From contig CP070732.1 in assembly GCA_020347565.1 (NCBI GenBank), positions 243,582 through 307,581 of the forward strand: 64,000 bases of DNA, written 5' to 3'. The position numbers and the translations under genes are program-made. The notes under the pieces are model-generated. The model had not been told where the DNA came from. It did not search any database and worked only from the letters and a program-made list of their open reading frames with translations. Of this stretch, positions 19,622 through 27,885 are shown one piece after another (within the stretch, counting starts at the first letter, position 1; each line of letters starts with the position of its first letter). The stretch comes from Methanobacteriota archaeon. GTDB taxonomy: Archaea; Thermoplasmatota; Thermoplasmata; UBA10834.

Positions 19622-20751
19622 CAGATCGCCCCCATCTCCCTAAGCTTGTGCCGCACCTCGCCAGGCGTGGGCGGCTCGCCGCCAACCTTCGAGAGGAACT
19701 CCACGCGGCTGCATCCCGCTTCGAGGACGACGCGCTTGATCTCCCAGTAGAGCTGTCCCAGGTTCATCTCGCACACGAGCATCTGATCGCAGCTGGCCGC
19801 GGCCTCGGCGATCGGCTCAACGGGCAGCGGCCAGATGGTCTTCAAGCGCAGGAGACCGATGCGGTCGTCCTTGGCGGCGACCTCGCGGCCGCCGAACGAC
19901 GCGGAACCGTACGAGACTATCATGGTCTTCGAGTCCGGCTCGATTACCTCCCATTTGTTTATGTCTCGCCTGTTCTTCGTGATCTTCTCGTTGAGACGCC
20001 TCACCAGCTCCTGGTGTATTCTCGGATCCTCGGGTTCGATGGCCGCCTTCCCAGAGTGCGTTATGCCGGTGACCATCGCCTTGTGCCCCTTGCCGAAGGT
20101 GGGGAACGGGGGCACGAGGTCGTCGGGCACGTCATACGCCTCGTCAGAGCGTCGCACGCCCTTCTCCTTCCTGTTGACGATCTTGACCTCCTTCGGGACG
20201 GTCAACAGCCCTCTCATGTGGCCTATCTCGGCATCGGAGAGGACGAACGTGGGTACGCGGTACTTCTCGGCGTAGTTGAACGCCTTGACCGTGAGGTCGA
20301 ACATCTCCTGGACGTTGGCGGGGGCGAAGGCTATGACCTGATAGTCTCCGTGGGAGCCGTACTTCGTCGCCATTATGTCCCCCTGCGAGGCGCGCGTCGG
20401 CTGCCCCGTCGACGGCCCTCCCCTCATCACGTTAACTACGACGACCGGCGTCTCCGTCATGGCCGCGTAGCCGATCGCCTCCTGCATGAGCGAGAATCCG
20501 GGCCCGGAGGTGGCCGTCATGGCCTTGGCCCCTCCCCAGGAGGCTCCGATCACCGCGGATATGCAGGCTATCTCGTCCTCCATCTGGAGGAACTCCCCGC
20601 CCGCCTGGGGCAGCTTCGCCGCGAGCCCCTCGGCTATCTCCGTCGATGGCGTTATGGGATACCCTGCAAAGAACTTCGCACCTGCCAGCATGGACGCCTC
20701 GACGCAGGCCTCGTTGCCCTGGAGGAAGTACTCACCCGGCTTTATCGACAT
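19621..20751 (-). CDS. 2-oxoacid:ferredoxin oxidoreductase alpha subunit
   Basis: GNEACVEASMLAGAKFFAGYPITPSTEI ... alpha-subunit core; 376 aa (KorA-like size). Confidence 0.85.
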   Translation of the reverse strand: MSIKPGEYFLQGNEACVEASMLAGAKFFAGYPITPSTEIAEGLAAKLPQAGGEFLQMEDEIACISAVIGASWGGAKAMTATSGPGFSLMQEAIGYAAMTETPVVVVNVMRGGPSTGQPTRASQGDIMATKYGSHGDYQVIAFAPANVQEMFDLTVKAFNYAEKYRVPTFVLSDAEIGHMRGLLTVPKEVKIVNRKEKGVRRSDEAYDVPDDLVPPFPTFGKGHKAMVTGITHSGKAAIEPEDPRIHQELVRRLNEKITKNRRDINKWEVIEPDSKTMIVSYGSASFGGREVAAKDDRIGLLRLKTIWPLPVEPIAEAAASCDQMLVCEMNLGQLYWEIKRVVLEAGCSRVEFLSKVGGEPPTPGEVRHKLREMGAI

Positions 20752-20992
20752 CTTCCCCCTCCTCCGCCTCTGGCTTCCACGATACGGCCTGGTCCGGGCA
20801 GCTCAGGATGCACAGCTCGCATATCAGCTTCTCCGTCCGGCCGTGGTTGAAACAGCTCTCGGGCGAGGCGACGACGGCCGCGAAGTACCCTCGCTCCGAT
20901 ATGTCGGCTCCCTTTGAGAAACACTTCTTGGGACACATATAGACGCAGATATTGCAGCCCTTGCAGTAGGCCAAATCGATATCGGGCCTCAT
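20732..20992 (-). CDS. 2-oxoacid:ferredoxin oxidoreductase delta subunit (2x[4Fe-4S] ferredoxin)
   Basis: CKGCNICVYMCP and CELCILSCP cluster motifs; 86 aa; overlaps the alpha gene. Confidence 0.8.
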   Translation of the reverse strand: MRPDIDLAYCKGCNICVYMCPKKCFSKGADISERGYFAAVVASPESCFNHGRTEKLICELCILSCPDQAVSWKPEAEEGEDVDKAG

Positions 20993-21019
20993 CAGTAACC
21001 TGTCGGTTCAATCGGATGG

Positions 21020-21050
21020 TTCATATTTGAACCTATTTAACGTAAAATAA
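21020..21050 (-). promoter_or_regulatory. promoter region of the 2-oxoacid oxidoreductase-acdB operon
   Basis: rc contains tttattttacg / ttaaatagg, 30-55 nt upstream of delta-subunit start 20992. Confidence 0.35.
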
Positions 21051-21203
21051 ATCGCATAGCACCTGTCTGGCCCGGCCTGGCCATCTCCGTCGGGGAACGG
21101 GACGAGATGGACCGACACGCCCGCCGTCGCACATCATGGCTCGACCTGGCCACCCACGCGAAACAATTAATAGGACCATTAGGATAGACCGGGACCGTAG
21201 ACG

Positions 21204-22115
21204 ATGAACGCGCTTCAGGAAGAGATACTCGACCTCAAGAGGCAGAAGGGCGCCGTCATTCTCGGACACAACTACCAGTGCAGGGAGGTCCAGGAGGTCT
21301 CCGACTTCCTGGGAGACTCGTACGGCCTCTCGGTCCAGGCAACGAAGGTCGAGGCCGATACGATCGTCTTCGCGGGGGTCGACTTCATGGCCGAGTCGGC
21401 GAAGATTCTCAACCCGCGGAAGACGGTCCTCCTGCCGAACCTGAAGTCCGCCTGTCCCATGGCGGCCATGGTCGACGCGGAAGCTTTGAGGGCGTTCAAG
21501 GAGGAGAATCCGGGCGTTCCCGTCGTTTCGTACGTGAACACCACCGCGTCCGTGAAGTGCGAGACGGACATCTGCTGCACATCGGCAAACGCGGTGAAGA
21601 TCGTCAAGTCGTTGCCCGATGAGAAGATTATCTTCGTGCCCGATTCGAATCTGGGGCTCTATGTTCAACGGTATGTGAAGGACAAGGAGATACTGCTCTG
21701 GCCTGGATACTGTCCCACGCACGTGAACATAACTGCCGCGTCTCTCAGGTCGCTCAAGGACGAGCACCCCGGAGCCGAGGTGCTCGTGCATCCAGAGTGC
21801 ACCCCCGAAGTCATAGACCTCGCCGACTTCGCATACTCCACAGAGGGCATAATCAGGCACGTGGTGTCGTCGTCCAAGAAGGAGTTCATAATCGGTACCG
21901 AAGCCAACATGAACCACAGACTCAGGAAGGAGGCGCCGGGCAAGACCTTCCACGCCGTGGAGGAGGCCATATGCCCGAGCATGAGGGAGATCACGCTGGA
22001 GGACGTACGTGACTCGCTCCTCAAGTCGCAGCACAGGATAGACCTTTCGGACGAGATAGTGTCGAAGGCAAGGGCGCCGCTCGAGAGGATGCTGGAGGCG
22101 GGCCGGCAGGACTGA
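21204..22115 (+). CDS. nadA: quinolinate synthase A
   Basis: ILGHNYQ, VDFMAES, CPTHVN motifs; 303 aa. Confidence 0.9.
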   Translation: MNALQEEILDLKRQKGAVILGHNYQCREVQEVSDFLGDSYGLSVQATKVEADTIVFAGVDFMAESAKILNPRKTVLLPNLKSACPMAAMVDAEALRAFKEENPGVPVVSYVNTTASVKCETDICCTSANAVKIVKSLPDEKIIFVPDSNLGLYVQRYVKDKEILLWPGYCPTHVNITAASLRSLKDEHPGAEVLVHPECTPEVIDLADFAYSTEGIIRHVVSSSKKEFIIGTEANMNHRLRKEAPGKTFHAVEEAICPSMREITLEDVRDSLLKSQHRIDLSDEIVSKARAPLERMLEAGRQD

Positions 22116-22127
22116 GCCTGCCGACGG

Positions 22128-22763
22128 TTAGAGCATCTCGCTCGTCGGTCCGAGGATGAAGTACACGCCGAAGACGACCATGAGCGCTCCGCACGCTCCG
22201 AAGACAATCTCGTGCACCGTCGGCGTCCACAGGTGCTTCGTCCTGAAGACGGCGAAGGTCGTGAACGTGTACCATGCGAGGTCGCAGCTCCAGTGAACGA
22301 TCGCGAACACCAGCACGATGACCACGCCGAACTCCTGCGCGGTGGTGATCAGGACGGCGCCGACCGTTGCCCACCAGAGGAAGAAGTAAGGGTTCGCGGA
22401 CGTGGTGATCGCGCCCGCTGCCACGGGCTTGTACGGGAACATCTCGTGGCCGCCATCTGGCGTCATCTTCCGGGACCGGAACATCGACGCTCCGAGGAAT
22501 ATGAGCAGGACACCGCCGATGACGCCTATCACGGTCATCACGCGGTCGTCCGTGAAGACGTATCCCACGCTGAGGATTATCAGCGCCATCAGCGGGAACT
22601 CGACTATGCCGTGTCCCAGCGCGACCTTGATGCCCGCCTTCTCGTCCTCGTATCCCTTTGCGACGGCAGCCGCGAAGACCGGACCGGGCATCATCACTCC
22701 CGAGAACGATATGAGTATGGCTATGCCGAAGAATATCCATATGTTGTTCGTGATGGGCTCCAC
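22128..22763 (-). CDS. LysE/RhtB-family amino-acid exporter
   Basis: MMPGPVF N-terminal signature, NPYFFLWW in the second half, ~6 TM helices. Start set to GTG 22763 (VEPITNN), 25 nt downstream of rc-TATA ttatatacaacg; the track ORF extends to 22832. Confidence 0.5.
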   Translation of the reverse strand: MEPITNNIWIFFGIAILISFSGVMMPGPVFAAAVAKGYEDEKAGIKVALGHGIVEFPLMALIILSVGYVFTDDRVMTVIGVIGGVLLIFLGASMFRSRKMTPDGGHEMFPYKPVAAGAITTSANPYFFLWWATVGAVLITTAQEFGVVIVLVFAIVHWSCDLAWYTFTTFAVFRTKHLWTPTVHEIVFGACGALMVVFGVYFILGPTSEML

Positions 22764-23054
22764 GCTGGTACTCACCACAGACGTTGTATATAACCGGTTT
22801 CCCCCGCGCCGGCGATGAGGGCGAATGGCCAATATATCCGGACCGCTATTCGTGGCCCTGTGATGAGAAGAGGGTCAGCTGAGGGCTGTACGCCCCGTGA
22901 TGAACCCTATGAGTGCTGATCGCACGCCGGCGCGGGCAAGGAGGCGCATGGCAATGCCCTTTGAAGCATGGGACCGCCCTTGCACAGCGCCGCCCCAGTC
23001 CACAGGCGCGAGGCGGGCGTCCGTTCCTCTGGCCTCCGTGGGGCAACCGTCTTC

Positions 23055-24335
23055 TCAGACCACTGTGAGATCCTTCCCGAAACGCGTGAGATGCTCGCTC
23101 CCTTCGAGGGTCACTAGGATATCGTCTTCGATCCTTATACCGAACTCTCCGGGGAAGTTGAGCGTGGGCTCGATGGTCATCACAATCCCCGGCTTAAGCG
23201 TCATCTCCGTGTCTTTGTACTCTGTCAGATGGGGCATCTCATGCGCCTCGAGGCCGAGACCGTGTCCGATTCCGAAGGGGAAGTGTTCGCCGTATCCGCT
23301 CTCATCAATGACCTTCCGGGCGGCATCATTGACCGCACCCGCCCTCACACCGTCCCGGACCGCTTCTATCGCCTTCAACTGCGCATCATGCACTACTTCG
23401 TGAACCCTCTTCTGCTTCTCGCTGGGCTCTCCGACGACCGTCGGTCGCGTGAGATCTGCGTGATAGCCGTTGTACGTCGCGGACAGGTCCATCAGGAACA
23501 TGTCCCCCTTCTTGACACGGTCCTCCGAAGGGGGATCCCACGTAGCCGTCTTGGCTCCGGTCTGCACGACGCAATATGATATGCTCTCAGCTCCTCTCGC
23601 CCTCATCGCCCTTTCGACTTCGATGGATATCTCTCTCTCAGTGGCGGACTCACGTATGAACTCCCTGCCCACCTTCACTCCATCCTCCACGATCCTCGCG
23701 GCCTTCCGCACGCACTCTATCTCCTCTTCCGACTTGACAAGCCTGGCGAGGCTCAACATATCGGAGGCGCTCCTGACCGTGACATCGGGAACTGCGGAGG
23801 TGAGCTGCTCGTAGGTCTTGAACGGCATGTGGTCCTCTGTGCCGATCGTGCCCTTCATGTTGGACAGCAGTTCCCCGAGAACGGTCTTTCTGTCCTCTGG
23901 ACTCGAATACGGTCGGATGTCCTCGAGCTTCGAGAGTTCTCTCGCATCCTCCTCGCCGATCCGCGGAACCACGAGCACGGGGTCGCCGTCAAGCGGGATC
24001 ACTGCGAAGGTTATGATATCCCAGGTGATCATGACGTCCCAAGCGTCGCCCGGGTAATCGTAGCGCAAACCTGTCAAGTACCGTTGGTTTGGTCCGGGCG
24101 ATACGAACAGAGCTTCGAACCCTTCCTGCTCCATCAGCGACTTGACTCTCCTGAGCCTGTCTATTGACACAGCTGGCACCTCGTGGTTCCGAATGGGAAT
24201 TTGGTATATAACTGCTGCGAGGGCGTGCGCCGACAAGGATGGCGCAGGGTCGCCGGATGAACGCGAATCTTGGAGCGAAAGATGCTCCGTTAGCTCTCCA
24301 GCGTTGAATGTTGCTCCCCGTTCCTCCTGTGCCAA
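23055..24335 (-). CDS. M24-family metallopeptidase (Xaa-Pro aminopeptidase/prolidase-like, creatinase N-domain + pita-bread fold)
   Basis: Metal ligands in the DLSATYNGYHAD..., HGLGLEAHE, GIVMTIEP...GIRIED context. True start probably downstream of the track start. Confidence 0.7.
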   Translation of the reverse strand: MAQEERGATFNAGELTEHLSLQDSRSSGDPAPSLSAHALAAVIYQIPIRNHEVPAVSIDRLRRVKSLMEQEGFEALFVSPGPNQRYLTGLRYDYPGDAWDVMITWDIITFAVIPLDGDPVLVVPRIGEEDARELSKLEDIRPYSSPEDRKTVLGELLSNMKGTIGTEDHMPFKTYEQLTSAVPDVTVRSASDMLSLARLVKSEEEIECVRKAARIVEDGVKVGREFIRESATEREISIEVERAMRARGAESISYCVVQTGAKTATWDPPSEDRVKKGDMFLMDLSATYNGYHADLTRPTVVGEPSEKQKRVHEVVHDAQLKAIEAVRDGVRAGAVNDAARKVIDESGYGEHFPFGIGHGLGLEAHEMPHLTEYKDTEMTLKPGIVMTIEPTLNFPGEFGIRIEDDILVTLEGSEHLTRFGKDLTVV

Positions 24336-24396
24336 CCCTCTGAGAGCGTTAGGTACATAGGCTAGCTATCCGTACAGGGCCATAAGGTGCAGCGCC

Positions 24397-25863
24397 TTGC
24401 AGGTAGAGGAGCCGGTCGGCAGGCACATCGAAATTCTCTCGAGAAGCGACTTGGATGATATCCACGGCGCCACGATGGAAGTCCTCCGACGATTAGGCGT
24501 CAAGGTGTTGGAGCCGAATGCACTGGAGCTGTTCGATGAGGCCGGAGCGGATGTCGACAGGAAGACGAAGGTCGTCAGAATCCCTGAAGGCCTGGTCAAG
24601 GAGACCGTTCGGAAGGCGCCTTCCGAGTTCAAGATGTATGGGAGGGATCCGAAGTACCAATTGGACTACAGCGGGAACAAAGTGCACTTCGGGGTCGCAG
24701 GCTGCGCGATACGAGTCAAGGATCTGGACGGAAGGATCAGGCCAGGAACCGTGGCAGACGTTGAGAGCATAGCGAGGGTTGCGGACTACCTCGAGAACAT
24801 ACATCACATACTGTTGACCGTCACTCCGTTCGACGTACCCGATGAGGTCTACCATTTGCACTGCATCAATGCGGACTGGAAGAACTCTGTGAAGACGACC
24901 GATGGATTCACTTGGACGGCCAGGAAGGCCCAGGAGACGGTCGATATGGCAGCTATCCTCAGAGGCAGCTACGATGAGGTCGTGAGGAGACCCCCGCTCC
25001 TGGGGTTCATGAATCCTGTGAGCCCCATGCAGCTCTCCAGTGAGCTGACGGAGGGTGCACTCGTGTATGCTAAATACAGGCAGCCGATGGTTGTCGCCCC
25101 GGAAGCGCTCGCAGGGGCAACAGCCCCCTCTACCCTGGCCGGCCTCCTCACTCAGCAGAACGCGGAGGTGCTCGCGGGCATCATGGTGACCCAACTGGCT
25201 AGCTCCGGAACGCCCGTGCTCTACGGTACTGCCTCCACCGTCATGGACATGAGGACGGGGACGGCAGCGATGGGAGGGCCCGAGGTCGGATTGGTCAATA
25301 TAGCTACCGGCCAGCTCGGAAGATACTACAGCCTGCCCAGAAGAGGTACTGGAGGCGTCACTGATTCGAAGCTGGTGGACGCGCAGGCCGGCGCCGAGAC
25401 AGCTCTGTCGATGTTGATGGCGGCGCTCTCCGGCATGAACTTCATCTATGAGGCATGCGGAGGACTCGATGGTACGCTCACATTCTCTTATGAGAAGCTG
25501 GTCGTAGACGATGAGATTGCCGGCATGGTTTCCAGGACGCTCAGAGGGATAGAGGTGAACGAGGAGACTCTGGCGGTTGACGAGATATGCAAGTACGGGT
25601 CTTCGAGCTACCTCGGGTCGCCTCATACCGGAAGGACATTCAGGACGGAGCATTACATGCCAACACTGTTCGACCGCAGACACTGGGAGGCCTGGCTGAA
25701 GGCCGGCGGTAGGGACATCTCCCTGGAGGCCAGGCGAAAAGCCAAATGGATCCTGAAGGAGCATCATGCGGAGCCCGTCGACGGAGCCATCCAAGCTGAG
25801 ATCGATGAATTCATCAGGAAGACGACGAGAGGCTGGGCGGACAGCGCTTCTACCGCTTCCTGA
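24397..25863 (+). CDS. MttB-superfamily (trimethylamine methyltransferase-like, COG5598) protein, non-pyrrolysine member, paralog 1
   Basis: Full-length 488-aa ORF with no internal TAG. N-terminal LSRSDLDDIHGATMEVL and core LAGATAPSTLAGLLTQQNAEVLAGI...GGPEVGL resemble the MttB/MtgB family. TTG start with AGGTG-like SD 8 nt upstream. Confidence 0.8.
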   Translation: MQVEEPVGRHIEILSRSDLDDIHGATMEVLRRLGVKVLEPNALELFDEAGADVDRKTKVVRIPEGLVKETVRKAPSEFKMYGRDPKYQLDYSGNKVHFGVAGCAIRVKDLDGRIRPGTVADVESIARVADYLENIHHILLTVTPFDVPDEVYHLHCINADWKNSVKTTDGFTWTARKAQETVDMAAILRGSYDEVVRRPPLLGFMNPVSPMQLSSELTEGALVYAKYRQPMVVAPEALAGATAPSTLAGLLTQQNAEVLAGIMVTQLASSGTPVLYGTASTVMDMRTGTAAMGGPEVGLVNIATGQLGRYYSLPRRGTGGVTDSKLVDAQAGAETALSMLMAALSGMNFIYEACGGLDGTLTFSYEKLVVDDEIAGMVSRTLRGIEVNEETLAVDEICKYGSSSYLGSPHTGRTFRTEHYMPTLFDRRHWEAWLKAGGRDISLEARRKAKWILKEHHAEPVDGAIQAEIDEFIRKTTRGWADSASTAS

Positions 25864-26803
25864 GCTTGGGATTGAAGATCTCGTCGAGCGCGTAACCAAT
25901 GAAAGTGAAACCCATTACCAGGAATACGATGCAGAGCCCCGGCATGAGCACCCATAGATAGAAGCCGTTGTACATTGCGTTATTATTCAGCGCATCCTCA
26001 AGCATGTTGCCCCACGTGACGTCTACCCTCGCGGAGGCTCCCAACCCGAGGAAGCTGAGGGCGCTTTCGGAAAGGATCGCCAGCGCTACCACGAGGATTG
26101 CATTCGCGAATATCAGCGGAAACACATTGGGGAATATGTGCTTTCTAATGATGTGGAATTCTCCTGCCCCGATGGATTTCGCCCTCTCGATGAAAGCCCT
26201 CTCCTTGACAGATAGAACCTGAGTTCGCACAATCCTCGCAGTGCCAGCCCAACCAGTTATGCCTACCACGATTATGATCTTGGTTACGCTGGGCCCTCCA
26301 GGAAGGACCGCCTCAAACACTATCATCAACACCAACCAAGGCAGCACCAGGAAGACATCGGTGACCCTCATCAAGGCCTCGTCCATCCATCCGCCCCAGA
26401 ATCCGCTCAGAAGGCCGACTATCGAGCCCACTACCATGGCGACTGCGGAGGCTAGGAGGCCTATCACGAGGGAGATTCTAGCTCCATATATCAACCTGGC
26501 AAGAATGTCATTTCCTCGTTGGTCCGTTCCCAACCAGTTATCCCATGATGGAGCGGTGCCGGATCCGCGAGAGGCCACATCATCATGCGGGCCATAGGGA
26601 TAGTCCCAGCCTCCGATCTCCGAGAAGACCCACATTATCTGCGCTGGAAACGCCGCCATCGCAACGAATACGAGGAGTATCGCGAGCCCGAGCATGCCCA
26701 TCCGGTTCCTTCTGAACACTCGTCCTGTCTCAGCAATCCTCTTGCGGAAGAGCCTCATCCTCTCTGCGAATGGTTCGGACACCGTGAGATCCGTCTCAAT
26801 CAC
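25850..26803 (-). CDS. ABC transporter permease, DppC/OppC family
   Basis: EAA-loop region SIGAGEFHIIRKHIFPNVFPLI; 6 TM helices. Confidence 0.85.
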   Translation of the reverse strand: MIETDLTVSEPFAERMRLFRKRIAETGRVFRRNRMGMLGLAILLVFVAMAAFPAQIMWVFSEIGGWDYPYGPHDDVASRGSGTAPSWDNWLGTDQRGNDILARLIYGARISLVIGLLASAVAMVVGSIVGLLSGFWGGWMDEALMRVTDVFLVLPWLVLMIVFEAVLPGGPSVTKIIIVVGITGWAGTARIVRTQVLSVKERAFIERAKSIGAGEFHIIRKHIFPNVFPLIFANAILVVALAILSESALSFLGLGASARVDVTWGNMLEDALNNNAMYNGFYLWVLMPGLCIVFLVMGFTFIGYALDEIFNPKLRKR

Positions 26804-26814
26804 CTTTCATCAAT

Positions 26815-27795
26815 TCAACTCAACTCCACACGAGGGTCCAAATACAACATCACAACGTCCGAGACGAAGTTGGCGATCAGCACAGCGACCGCTATCAAGA
26901 AGAACGCAGCCTGGAGCACTGGCCAATCCTCTTCAAAGACTGCATCTATCGTCGCCCATCCCACCCCAGGATATTCGAAAACGTATTCCACCATGAACGC
27001 CCCGCCAACGATGTACGCAATGGTCAGTGCAATCAGTATGAGCATCGGCAGCATAGCGTTCGGCACAGCATGATCCTTCAATACCGACCCTTCAGGCAGG
27101 CCTTTTGCTCTCGCAGTGGTTATGTAGTCCTCCGTCATCACATCGGACAGAGCGCCGCGCATCATGAGAGAGAATGTCGCAATGTACACGAGCACTAGAC
27201 AGGTCACGGGCATGACCAAGTGGGACAAGAGGTCCTTAACTGATGCAAGGGTGAACTCGAATTCTTCCCCGATCTCCAGCGCTCTGGAAGGTGGGAAGAT
27301 CTCCCACGTTACGGCAAACAGCATCACCATTATCATGGCAAGCCAGAAAGTGGGCATTGCATAGAAGAAGAGCGAGAATGCAAGAGACCCAGAGTCGAAC
27401 AAACTGCCTCGCTTCCATGCTGCGATAATCCCAATGAGCATGCCAATCACGATCATGAAGAATGAGGCAACGCCGACAAGGAGCAGAGTCCACGGTATGT
27501 ACTCAAAGATGAAATCCATCGCCGGCATCTTATATTGAAAGGACTCGCCGAAATCGAGAGTGAAGACACCCTTGATGTATGTGATGAACTGCTCGGTCAG
27601 AGGGTCGTCCAGGCCGTACCTTTCGATCAGCTTATCCTTGTACTCATCGGGGATCGCGGGGTCAGACGGAACCATGAACCGCATCGGATCCCCAGGCATC
27701 ATTCGAAAGAGTATGAAGTTGATGCATATCACTAGGAGAAACGTGACGAACAGGCTTATGAATCTCCTCAGTAGTATTCGCCTGAAGTTCCTCAT
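26815..27795 (-). CDS. ABC transporter permease, DppB/OppB family
   Basis: ARAKGLPEGSVLKDHAVPNAMLPMLILIAL... and C-terminal MLYLDPRVELS. Confidence 0.85.
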   Translation of the reverse strand: MRNFRRILLRRFISLFVTFLLVICINFILFRMMPGDPMRFMVPSDPAIPDEYKDKLIERYGLDDPLTEQFITYIKGVFTLDFGESFQYKMPAMDFIFEYIPWTLLLVGVASFFMIVIGMLIGIIAAWKRGSLFDSGSLAFSLFFYAMPTFWLAMIMVMLFAVTWEIFPPSRALEIGEEFEFTLASVKDLLSHLVMPVTCLVLVYIATFSLMMRGALSDVMTEDYITTARAKGLPEGSVLKDHAVPNAMLPMLILIALTIAYIVGGAFMVEYVFEYPGVGWATIDAVFEEDWPVLQAAFFLIAVAVLIANFVSDVVMLYLDPRVELS

Positions 27796-27885
27796 GCGTT
27801 GGCTCCACTCATCAAAGGCGTGTCTTAGTCTGCGACGGTGTCATCTCGCGGAAATGGTCGAAAGGAAGAGGTTTAAGGTGTTTGC

